A program made the translations under genes and the position numbers. 64,000 nt of DNA, taken from contig CAVXDT010000003.1 of assembly GCA_963760525.1 (NCBI GenBank), positions 99,638-163,637 of the forward strand, read 5' to 3'. The DNA is from Nitrososphaeria archaeon (lineage in GTDB: Archaea; Thermoproteota; Nitrososphaeria; JACIWG01). Below the pieces are notes generated by a model, which was not told where the DNA came from, did not search any database, and worked only from the letters and a program-made list of their open reading frames with translations. This document shows, piece by piece, positions 38,031 through 47,121 of this stretch. Positions within the stretch are counted from its first letter, which is position 1. Each line of letters starts with the position of its first letter.

Positions 38031-38211
38031 ATCTAGCGCAATAAGACTCTAATAAAAAAAGGACACAGATGATAAGTAATGAACTAACGCACTTCTTGGT
38101 GGCGCAGTTCTATCATGTGCAAACGGTATTATTGACGAAGCTCTCTTAATTCTCTTCGGTTTGTTTGAAGGCTAAGTCTTATATATCTAAACGCCATAGA
38201 AATAGATACTA

Positions 38212-38853
38212 ATGGAAGACAAACTATTACTGAAGCTCGAAAATAAGACGATGTCAAAGGAAGAATTATTTAAAATGGTCAAGAAAGATTCGAGCTTGAT
38301 TTCCACTGTTATCGACGGAGTGTCTTCACCAAAAGCAGCTATTAGATACGGGTGTGCCAAAGTGTTGATGGACTTGAGCAAAGAATACCCAGAGAAACTT
38401 TATCCGCATATGGATTTTTTTGTAAAGATGCTTGACAGCAGATATAGGATTCTCACCTGGAACGCAATGGCGATTATAGCGAACCTAACTAAGGTAGACG
38501 TGGAAAAGAAGTTTGATGCTGTATTTGAGAGATATTATGATTTTCTTAATGATAAGTACATGGTTACTATAGCCAATGTTGTAGGTTGTTCTGGTAGGAT
38601 TGCTTTGGCGAAACCGTATCTTGTTGACAGAATAACAAATGAGCTTCTGAAAGTTGAGAACGTCTCCTTGTCTCCTCATTTGACAAAAGAATGTAAGAGA
38701 GTCATAACCGAGCAGGCAATCAGATTCTTTGACTTGTTCTTTGACAAGATTGACCGAAAGCAGAAGGTAATCTCTTTTGTGGAAAGACATCTTTCAAGTC
38801 CAAGAAAAACTTTGAGAGCTCAAGCAGAGGATTTTCTCAAGAAATGGAAGTAG
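38212..38853 (+). CDS. hypothetical helical-repeat (HEAT/armadillo-like) protein
   Basis: All-helical 213-aa ORF with repeated about 35-40-aa amphipathic segments. TATA-like CTTATATATCT (38178-38188) lies about 29 nt upstream of the ATG. Confidence 0.35.
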   Translation: MEDKLLLKLENKTMSKEELFKMVKKDSSLISTVIDGVSSPKAAIRYGCAKVLMDLSKEYPEKLYPHMDFFVKMLDSRYRILTWNAMAIIANLTKVDVEKKFDAVFERYYDFLNDKYMVTIANVVGCSGRIALAKPYLVDRITNELLKVENVSLSPHLTKECKRVITEQAIRFFDLFFDKIDRKQKVISFVERHLSSPRKTLRAQAEDFLKKWK

Positions 38854-38990
38854 TGAATTCTCAATAGGAAATATCTGTTAATATTATTACGGAAATATGA
38901 TGACAGTTGCTAAATTAACTGTAGAGTATTTATTGTTCTCAACAGACCGCAATAAGGTTGATAATCTCAAAAAATTATGAGGGTGGTAGT

Positions 38991-40357
38991 CTAGCTTGCG
39001 ACGACCACTTTACTTGCTAACGTCCCTTCACCTACTATTGTGATCACATATTCTGTGCCAAATTCAACTTTAAGAGGCTGTTTCCCAGGATTGTATCCAT
39101 ATCCAAATGCTATGGTTTTATTATATGACAAAGAGACAGATGCTCCATGTTCTATTGGATATCCTAGTTCTTCAAACAATGACTTAATTTCTTCTAAGAC
39201 GGTAATCTTCTGTCTGATGACGAGGAACGGTTTAAGCTCTCCTTTGTTTGTTATCAGAAAGATTTGGGTTCCGAAGAATGCTCTTTGAAGTTTTGGTTTT
39301 TCCTCGTCAACGTAGTATCCCTTCAGTTTTGAAACTATCACGAACCTTAGTTGCACGGTACTATTACCAGCATTCTTTACATCGAAAGACAGTGATGAAT
39401 TTGTAAGTGAAGCAGAAGTTATCTCCAGTTCTGAACTGTTCATTTCATTAAGATGTTTCCACCATAGCTTTTCCTTAATAAATAGCCTAAAACCTCGTAT
39501 GTGAATTTGAACTCTCTCTTGAGGCGTTATTTCCTCTACTGGTATGGTATAGGCTTTTGCAACAGCGATTATCACGAACTCTGGCTCCGTTAAGCTTCCA
39601 AGGTTAAGTACAGTCGGAGAGAAGTCAATTATTGCAGCTGTCGGCTCAAGATTTTTAACCTCTATTCCCCCAATTATTGGGATTGTAAGCATTCCTGTCC
39701 GAATAAAGGCAGGATAACTGTTACCTTCATAAATGACTTCAGCTTCAGTTACATTGAATTTTATCGCGTTGTACTTTCCTTCTTCTAATTGGAGGGACGC
39801 TACGGTCTGGGCAAATTCTGTTACATTCATCAGGTCTATGCTCCCTTGAACATCCAGTTTTACCCAACTATTATTTCCTTCAGATCCAGCACATGGATGT
39901 AAAAGTCAGAATAGGTTATATTAATTTCAGTGACTCCTTCTGGAACGTTAGGAGGGTCTGTAAACATTATAGAAAAGATGCCTGTTGTTAAAGGAGGCGA
40001 TACTGTACTGGTTATTGTAACTACTGACGTTGTCGGCACAGTTGTTGTAGTCGTGCTTACCGTAGTAGATTGTGCAGTTATTGTAGTCGGTATTGTTACA
40101 GTGGTCGGTATGGTTACAGTAGTTGTGGCTGTTGAGGTTTGTGTGGATATTGTGGTCTGGGTCATTATCTGACTTGGTGTAAAGCCAGCCAGTATGGCAG
40201 CTACTATTATTGAGAAAGCCACAATTACCGCTAGCAAGCTCGATAAGATGACATTTCTTTTTGTGCTCATAGTCCATGTTTGGATAGCAATATTACTTAA
40301 ACCAGCATTTTTGAACAGTCTTCTAGGATGCCTTGGAAGATACTTATGACTGTACAA
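38991..40357 (-). pseudogene. surface protein with TM anchor, poly-Thr stalk and DUF4382-like domain, split by a frameshift
   Basis: ORF 39860-40357 ends in ...FTDPPNVPEGVTEINITYSDFYIHV. Shifting one frame reads ...GSEGNNSWVKLDVQGSIDLMNVTEF... straight into ORF 38991-39830. The shift lies around 39875-39895. Confidence 0.65.
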
Positions 40358-40423
40358 TTTTATTGAACAGTTAAAAAAGTGGCATGGTTATCAGTAAGGA
40401 ATTAATATATTCCAAGGATAGCT

Positions 40424-40867
40424 TTGTTTGTGAGCACGAGTAATATCGATGCGGAGTTGAAAGGTAATACTTTACGTGTCTACACTTATGCATTGAAAAA
40501 GAGAAAAGTCGGCGTTAGAGAAGTGCAAAGGTCTCTAAATCTATCTAACCCTTCTCTTGCCCAATATCACCTAAACAAGCTTGTGGAATTAGGGCTTTTA
40601 AAGAAAGATGACAGCGATTATGCCATAATTGAAGAGGTCAACGTCAGGATTATGCGCGATTTCCTGCGAGTTGGCACGCTTATAGTTCCAAGATTTCTCT
40701 TCTACGCTGTCTTTTTTACAATATTCACAATATATCTCGCTATCGTCTCAACTGCATTTTCAAATTCGAGCATGATCATCTTCTGGTTTGTAGGGCCCTT
40801 AGCTGTGGCTTCTGGAATATTCTGGTATGAAGCTCAGAGAGCATGGAAGTCTGCTCCATCATATTAA
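40424..40867 (+). CDS. membrane-anchored winged-helix transcription regulator
   Basis: wHTH LRVYTYALKKRKVGVREVQRSLNLSNPSLAQYHLNKLVELGLLKK, followed by two TM segments. Confidence 0.6.
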   Translation: MFVSTSNIDAELKGNTLRVYTYALKKRKVGVREVQRSLNLSNPSLAQYHLNKLVELGLLKKDDSDYAIIEEVNVRIMRDFLRVGTLIVPRFLFYAVFFTIFTIYLAIVSTAFSNSSMIIFWFVGPLAVASGIFWYEAQRAWKSAPSY

Positions 40868-40908
40868 TCTATAGATACCTGAATACTGTTGGTCATCACA
40901 CTTAATTT

Positions 40909-41784
40909 CTATCTGTACAATATTACAAACGGATCCAAGATATAATAGCAAATGATCAGAAATAGCAGACACAATATTGTATAAATAAAGATTCTTTTTT
41001 TTCGGTCAAATCTACTCATTGGTCTTAAGACGAGAGATAACGGATAAGGTGTGATAAGGGGAACTTGTTTCGAGTATTCAAGGTATTCTTTACCATATAC
41101 TTTGGTCAGGTCATTTTCCTCGTTTTCTGAAAGGAGAAAATAGGTATATGTAAGAAATGTCCACATCAGATAGTTTATCAAGCGCCAACCTGCTATAGCA
41201 AACCCTAAGGTCCAAACTATTATCCCGAAATATTGAGGGTGTCGTATGATAGAATATAGCCCGCTCTTCAGAAGAGAGCGATGTTTAGCAGTGTAAGATA
41301 ACAGTTGGATTAAGCTAAAAACGTAAATTGCAAGGCCAACCATGATAAAAAAGTATCCAAGATAGGTGATCGAGGATTTCAGTAGTGGATCGTTTAGAAG
41401 AATAACTCCATTTATCAGCCTATTTCCGAAAGGGAAATTTACTAAGACAATCCATGGAGTGTAAAAGATTCCTATTATAGAAAAGAAAGCGATGAACATC
41501 GGAACCAGGATATTAAAAAGGACGGGCATATAGACAGCCCAGCCCACAAAGGTCAATGGGCTCAACGTTCTAAGTTCCGAAAACAACGATACTACTGCGA
41601 CAGATGTTGCAACAAGTCCAAGTAATAAAAGGGTCCAGGCTCCGCTATTAAGAAGAGGCATAGTGCCCTCAGAGGATGGAAACCTTACACCATTATACAT
41701 AATCCAAGATGACGCCAAAAACACTGTTAGGATTGTTATTACAGATAATACTGTAACTTTTCTATAATCCATTGGAATCCTCAT
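40909..41784 (-). CDS. isoprenylcysteine carboxyl methyltransferase (ICMT)/phospholipid methyltransferase-family membrane protein
   Basis: C-terminal GLYSIIRHPQYFGIIVW...ENEENDLTKVYGKEYLEYSKQVP motif. Polytopic N-terminal region. Confidence 0.7.
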   Translation of the reverse strand: MRIPMDYRKVTVLSVITILTVFLASSWIMYNGVRFPSSEGTMPLLNSGAWTLLLLGLVATSVAVVSLFSELRTLSPLTFVGWAVYMPVLFNILVPMFIAFFSIIGIFYTPWIVLVNFPFGNRLINGVILLNDPLLKSSITYLGYFFIMVGLAIYVFSLIQLLSYTAKHRSLLKSGLYSIIRHPQYFGIIVWTLGFAIAGWRLINYLMWTFLTYTYFLLSENEENDLTKVYGKEYLEYSKQVPLITPYPLSLVLRPMSRFDRKKRIFIYTILCLLFLIICYYILDPFVILYR

Positions 41785-41985
41785 ATGATCAATATATAAA
41801 AAAGTTCCCGTATCCTAATATGAAAGATTAAAATCATATTAAACATCATAATTAGAAAATTCTTTGTAGCCTCTCTGATATTATCACGAACACGCTTTAG
41901 ATCGACACTCCCCAATATATGCTTGGCAAAAGTGCCAAATGATAAAAAACCAAATTTTAATAACATGTAATTCGGATGCTAAAGC

Positions 41986-43065
41986 ATGACAAACACGATG
42001 AAAGCTGCCTTATGTTTTGGCCCAATGGACGTTCGCGTGGTCGATCAACCTATACCCATAGTTCAAGCTGGGGAAGTCTTGGTCAAAGTCAAACTGTGTA
42101 TGACATCTGGAACAACAGTAAAACAGTATGCTAGAGGTTATCCAGGTTGGACTTACCCGTTTGGTTGGGGTTACGAATGGGCAGGGATTATAGAGGACGT
42201 TGGCCGAGGAGTAGGCAGGTCTTTAATTGGGAAAAAAGTTATCGCAGGCTATTTTCACAGAGAGTGTGACTGCTTCTTCTGTAGACATGGACAGCCAAAT
42301 CTATGTGCTTCTATCCGCCTGTTGAGAGCTGAGGAGTTAAAGGCGAAGAAGATGGAAAGCCTTGATGGTGCTGGCGCTTTCAGAGAATATATTAAGCTTC
42401 CTGCTGACCGAGTTCAGGTTCTCCCTGAAGGTCTCTCCCTTGAGGATGCTGCCAGTGTTCCAACCGTTGCTGTCGTTGTCCACGGTAACAGTAATGTAGA
42501 CATAAACCCGAATGACACTGTACTTATCATCGGAGCAGGTGGAATCGGCCAAGTACATGGTCTATACTCCAAGCTGAGAGGTGCACAGACCATAATAGTG
42601 GACAAAAGTCAGGAAAGGCTTGATTCTGCCAAGAAGAATGGCGCTGCTGATATAATTCTTAATGCTGGCACAAAAGAAGAAGCAAAGAGTAAGCTGAAGG
42701 AATTGAATGTCAATGAAGGTTGGGGTCCAGATATTGTCATCGAAGCCATCGGACAGCCAACAACATGGGAAGAGGCTGTTGAATTGGTGAGAAGAGGCGG
42801 TCAAGTCCTCTTTTATGGAGGATGTAAGGAAGGAACAACCATAACACTCGACACATACAGACTACACTATGACGAGCTGAGGATCGCGAACTCAACAACA
42901 CTATCACCTATCAACAGAACAATTGCTTACGAACTAGTTGAGAAAGGGCTCATTAAACCCAGCAAATTCATAACTGCCTCCTATCCTATGACAGAAATCA
43001 AAACAGCGTTAGACAATCATATGAACCAGAAAGGGCTAAGGTACGCTGTCATCCCTTCGCTCTAA
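41986..43065 (+). CDS. zinc-dependent medium-chain alcohol/polyol dehydrogenase
   Basis: MDR architecture. The structural Zn Cys cluster is CDCFFCRHGQPNLC. The Rossmann motif is GAGGIGQV. Confidence 0.82.
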   Translation: MTNTMKAALCFGPMDVRVVDQPIPIVQAGEVLVKVKLCMTSGTTVKQYARGYPGWTYPFGWGYEWAGIIEDVGRGVGRSLIGKKVIAGYFHRECDCFFCRHGQPNLCASIRLLRAEELKAKKMESLDGAGAFREYIKLPADRVQVLPEGLSLEDAASVPTVAVVVHGNSNVDINPNDTVLIIGAGGIGQVHGLYSKLRGAQTIIVDKSQERLDSAKKNGAADIILNAGTKEEAKSKLKELNVNEGWGPDIVIEAIGQPTTWEEAVELVRRGGQVLFYGGCKEGTTITLDTYRLHYDELRIANSTTLSPINRTIAYELVEKGLIKPSKFITASYPMTEIKTALDNHMNQKGLRYAVIPSL

Positions 43066-43203
43066 ACGTTCAACATGATATGGAAGGAGATATGTGCCTT
43101 CCTCCTTTCTCACTTTATGCTTAGATGAAACAATCTTAGCGTGTTATATTTTTTTTAATAATTCCCAGTTTTCTAAAGTGGTGGTGTAAATGATTATAAA
43201 GTA

Positions 43204-44436
43204 GTGTTCTTCTCGAAATGTGCAATACGTGATGTGATGGTTGCGTCAGTTCAATCTGATAATGAGATGTTTGTGAGCCCCTATAATTTTGAAGGGGACG
43301 TCCTGAAGCAGTTTAAGTTCAAGGATGTTAAGATCAATGATACGACTTTGAGGGATGGTGAGCAGACGCCGGGGGTTGTCTTTACCATCGACGAGAAGCT
43401 GGAGATTGCGATGTTATTGGATGACATCGGGGTTCACCAAATAGAAGCTGGTACACCAGCTATGTCCCCACATGAAACGAAAGCAGTCAATTTGATTGCG
43501 AAACAGGGCTTCAAAGCTAGCGTGATGGGTTGGGCTAGAGCTGTCAAAGAGGATATAGAAGCAGTTATCCAGACTGACGCTGACGCGGTAGCAATATCCA
43601 TCGCTACTTCAGACATTCATCTTAAACATAAGCTGAAGATGAGTCGGGAACAGGTTGTTGAGAGAGCTGTCAGTATGGTAGAATATGCTAAAGCCCACGG
43701 TCTCTACGTCTCCCTGAACGCAGAGGATGCTACAAGGACGGACTTCAACTTTCTGAAGGAGTTCGCACTGAAAGGAAAGGAAGCTGGGGCAGACAGGTTG
43801 AGGATATGTGATACAGTAGGCGTGCTCATCCCAGCTGCATCCTTCTATCTTACATCGAGGTTTCTTAAAGAAACGAATATGCCAGTGGAGATTCATACTC
43901 ATGACGACTATAGCCTAGCTGTCGCCAACGCGCTCGCTTCTTGTGAGGCTGGAGCAGAATATGTCTCGACAACCGTCAATGGCCTCGGTGAGAGGGCTGG
44001 TAACTCTTCATTGGAATCGGTCATCATGAGTCTAATCAAGCTATATCGGAAACCCAACGCATTTAAGACCAACAGGATCATCGAAATCTCACGGTTCGTG
44101 GAGAAGGCGTCAGGGATACCTGTTCCAGTGAACTTGAGCATCGTGGGAGGTCACATGTTCACCCACGAGTCTGGAATACACGTGGACGGTGTCCTAAAGT
44201 TCTCTTACACCTATGAATCCTTTCTTCCAGACGAAATTGGTGCTAGCAGGAGAATTGTAGTTGGAAAGCATTCCGGAAAGCATGCGATTTGGGATAAGCT
44301 GAAGGAAATGGGAATACACGTAGATAAGACACAACTAATGCAGATAGTTGAAATCGTCAAGGCAAAAGGAGAAGAAAAGAAAAGGTCCCTTACCGACGAA
44401 GAACTGAAGACAATAGCCCTTGAAACACTAAGCTGA
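43204..44436 (+). CDS. homocitrate synthase / 2-isopropylmalate (citramalate) synthase family enzyme, short form
   Basis: INDTTLRDGEQTPGV, HTHDDYSLAVANALAS and TVNGLGERAGN motifs. No LeuA-type C-terminal regulatory domain. ATG 43237 is an alternative start. Confidence 0.82.
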   Translation: MFFSKCAIRDVMVASVQSDNEMFVSPYNFEGDVLKQFKFKDVKINDTTLRDGEQTPGVVFTIDEKLEIAMLLDDIGVHQIEAGTPAMSPHETKAVNLIAKQGFKASVMGWARAVKEDIEAVIQTDADAVAISIATSDIHLKHKLKMSREQVVERAVSMVEYAKAHGLYVSLNAEDATRTDFNFLKEFALKGKEAGADRLRICDTVGVLIPAASFYLTSRFLKETNMPVEIHTHDDYSLAVANALASCEAGAEYVSTTVNGLGERAGNSSLESVIMSLIKLYRKPNAFKTNRIIEISRFVEKASGIPVPVNLSIVGGHMFTHESGIHVDGVLKFSYTYESFLPDEIGASRRIVVGKHSGKHAIWDKLKEMGIHVDKTQLMQIVEIVKAKGEEKKRSLTDEELKTIALETLS

Positions 44437-44563
44437 AAAGAACAAGAATGATAATTTAATATCATTTCAGAATTCATCAGACTTCATTTGTTAAAGCCTA
44501 GGATTCATGGTTTTGTTCTGCAATAGAATCTTTTTAAAAGGTGGCTTTTAGAAGAGTTTTCAA

Positions 44564-44571
44564 TTTATATA
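44564..44571 (+). promoter_or_regulatory. candidate TATA box for the GNAT gene
   Basis: TTTATATA centred about 31 nt upstream of ATG 44599. Confidence 0.35.
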
Positions 44572-44598
44572 GAGGTATATTTTTTTGGCATCATCAAG

Positions 44599-45162
44599 AT
44601 GAAGCCAGGCAACAGATATCTTCAATTCATAGATAAGGAAGGTTCTACAGTCATCCTGAGAGTAATGCGTTGGGAAGACTTGGATGACCTTCTTAAGCTG
44701 ATCAATGATCTTGTTGCCGAAAAAGATTCGAATCCTAACCTTGGGATAATAATGGATCAAAAACAAACTCGGGACAGTGAGGCTCAGTTTGTCTCATCTA
44801 CACTGCAAGGAATTGAAAACGGAAGTATAATCAATGTGCTTGCTGAGGTAGAAGGTAAGGCAGTTGCAAACTCGGAGGTTATACGAGGTAAATCCAGCGA
44901 TGAATATCTTCACGGAAAGCTTGGGATCGCGATATCCAATAAATTTAGGAATAGGGGGATCGGACGAGAAATGATTAAGACTCTTATAGAAGAGAACAGA
45001 AAAGCAGGTCTTAAGACTCTCGAGCTTGAGGTCTTCGCTGACAATTCGAACGCAATACATCTCTACGAAAACCTTAGCTTTAAGCAAGTAGGGACCATAC
45101 CAAAGAAGGTCTTTAGAAAGGGCGTATTTCACGATATTATCGTGATGTCTTTGGTTCTATAA
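44599..45162 (+). CDS. GNAT-family N-acetyltransferase
   Basis: Motif A RNRGIGREMIKTLIE and the LEVFADNSNAIHLYENLSFK segment. Confidence 0.85.
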   Translation: MKPGNRYLQFIDKEGSTVILRVMRWEDLDDLLKLINDLVAEKDSNPNLGIIMDQKQTRDSEAQFVSSTLQGIENGSIINVLAEVEGKAVANSEVIRGKSSDEYLHGKLGIAISNKFRNRGIGREMIKTLIEENRKAGLKTLELEVFADNSNAIHLYENLSFKQVGTIPKKVFRKGVFHDIIVMSLVL

Positions 45163-45217
45163 TTAGATGTGCAAATGGTACTAGCATGATTTCATAAACA
45201 AAATACAATGAAATCTA

Positions 45218-45841
45218 TTACATCTTATTAGATGAATGATCTCTTAACCAGCGGTAGATATCGTCAAGTGCACGAGGGTGAACCAGAAACACGTGTATGT
45301 CCGAGGGAAACTGCGATTGGATGCGCACTCTGTCTTGGTCGTTCATGACCAGCATGCCCGCTTCATCTCCTTTGAGAGTTTCAACTATCTGTTTTGTGAT
45401 ATGATCGTCTCTCTTCTTGTTTGCTTCCTCGAAGAATTTGGAGACCTTGGCTAACACGATGTGACTTCTACCTACCACAGCCATGCAGACCATCCAATCC
45501 ATACGCTCGTTGAACAACTCTTCATCTTCCAACGCTTGGAGTTGTCCTCCGCTTTCGTATTTGATCTTAACAAGCTGGTAGGCTTTCTCGTTTTCTTCTT
45601 TGATGATCTGCATCGCTTCCTCTCCGCTTACAGAAATTGATTCAAAATAGATTTTGCTGATTTTCTCAACCTTCTCAAGCATGTTTACATGTTCCTCGAC
45701 TTGTTTCCAATATTGATTTATGATTTCCAAGTAATCTTTCGGTGAATCATTTGAAGAGTAAACAAGAGGTACGCAATACAGCTTTCTACCTGTCTTAAAT
45801 TGTTCAACAGGAGGCTTATCTATCTTACCAAGTGTCTCCAT
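45218..45841 (-). CDS. hypothetical protein (no recognisable domain)
   Basis: 207-aa ORF with balanced composition and a clean start. No motif recognised by eye. Confidence 0.5.
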   Translation of the reverse strand: METLGKIDKPPVEQFKTGRKLYCVPLVYSSNDSPKDYLEIINQYWKQVEEHVNMLEKVEKISKIYFESISVSGEEAMQIIKEENEKAYQLVKIKYESGGQLQALEDEELFNERMDWMVCMAVVGRSHIVLAKVSKFFEEANKKRDDHITKQIVETLKGDEAGMLVMNDQDRVRIQSQFPSDIHVFLVHPRALDDIYRWLRDHSSNKM

Positions 45842-45993
45842 TTTATGTCAGGTCCCCTCTCCTCAGCGCTAAGGATATTTTTAACCTTTGATATCTGTTT
45901 CACTTTATCTAATTAGCAGGTGGCTCTAGTTTGTTTTCCCATAATTAAGTAAAGAGGCATAGATGGGAAAAACAAAGAAACAACTTAGCTAGG

Positions 45994-46950
45994 TCATAAT
46001 CCCAAGAGTTTTGACGGATTGTCTTTAGTCATCTTCTCAATATCTTGTCTTGTAATTCCGTTGGCTATCATCATGTAGACAAATTGTCTCATTCCTTCTA
46101 TTGGATGAGGGTTAGCTATCTGACCTAAATCCGTAACCATGACGCACCTATCTGCTCCAATCTTTTTGATGGCTTCCGCAATTTCACAAGAACTTATGCA
46201 TCTGTCGAAAACATCAATTATGCTTTGCACGGAATATTCTATGTGGGCGCCGATGTCAGCCATTAGCATTTGATCTTCGATTGACCAGGGGGTAACCCTG
46301 TAGCCAGCATGAGTCACAAGCATCTTGTTGACTCCAGCTCTCTTAGCTGCCTTAATCAAAGCAAAAACCTCTTCTCTAGATATATGGCTTGTTCCTAGGA
46401 TGATATCTGCAGAAGCTATCAAGTCTAAGATTTCATATACTTCAGGTTTTAAATCTCCTTCTTTGTCAAGAATTGATATTCCTCGAGGATTTCCTAGGTC
46501 TACTTGTTTTTCCCATGCCTTCGTCGGATAGACTGGTGCACCCATGATTTTTATGTGATTCTCTGCATGCAAAGTTGGCATCCATATTTCCTTGGCGCCA
46601 AATCCTATAGCTGCTCTGACTGCCTCTGCGTTAAGGCCGCCTACGTTATGATTTAGGACAACCCCACCAAAGAAGCCAATCCCAGGCACAACTTGTCTAA
46701 CTAACTGAGCTCTGTCAGCATTGACTGCAAAGTGGCACTTAGAAAGGACTGCCCTATAACCAACTGAAGACGCGTTCTTTGCAAATGATATCTCATCAAA
46801 AGGTCTTCTGAAGAGATCAGGGGAACAATGAACGTGAAGCTCGCATATTCCCTCTAGGAGTTCTTTGTCTCCCCTCGGGATTTCAAGTGTCATGAATATT
46901 CCAGCTTCCATACGTTCAGTAATTATATATGTATTTGTGCCAATATACAA
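45994..46950 (-). CDS. metal-dependent hydrolase of the amidohydrolase/TIM-barrel superfamily
   Basis: ELHVHCSPD (HxH metal motif) near the N-terminus. Later His/Asp positions are MPTLHAENH, GTSHIS and VTDLG. The start is ambiguous (Met codons at 46950, 46911 and 46893). Confidence 0.55.
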   Translation of the reverse strand: MYIGTNTYIITERMEAGIFMTLEIPRGDKELLEGICELHVHCSPDLFRRPFDEISFAKNASSVGYRAVLSKCHFAVNADRAQLVRQVVPGIGFFGGVVLNHNVGGLNAEAVRAAIGFGAKEIWMPTLHAENHIKIMGAPVYPTKAWEKQVDLGNPRGISILDKEGDLKPEVYEILDLIASADIILGTSHISREEVFALIKAAKRAGVNKMLVTHAGYRVTPWSIEDQMLMADIGAHIEYSVQSIIDVFDRCISSCEIAEAIKKIGADRCVMVTDLGQIANPHPIEGMRQFVYMMIANGITRQDIEKMTKDNPSKLLGL

Positions 46951-47121
46951 AGAATATAGGAGAACTTTACAACAATCTCAGAATTGTCTTTGAATGATTA
47001 TCGTTTCCAAAAACGTATTCGATTTGCTAAGGCCACCAAATTTCTGGATTGCTACATTGTAAAAACCTGTTGTCTTCTGCTAAGAAATAGATATATATCA
47101 TTGCAAAAGTGTCTTCTGGTC

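Noticed and set aside
37769-38032. 87-aa minus-strand ORF covering the TTTTGAC repeat cluster.
   Set aside because: Its sequence (KYRQ..., KIHGQKYRQK) is simply the repeat translated. It has no start context and no protein-like features. It is better explained as non-coding repeat DNA.
39930-40277. Val-rich or Asn/His-rich ORFs overlapping poly-Thr coding tracts. Others are 18966-19292, 35988-36179 and 53542-53829.
   Set aside because: They are alternative-frame or antisense readings of ACN-repeat DNA that encodes Thr linkers in well-supported genes.
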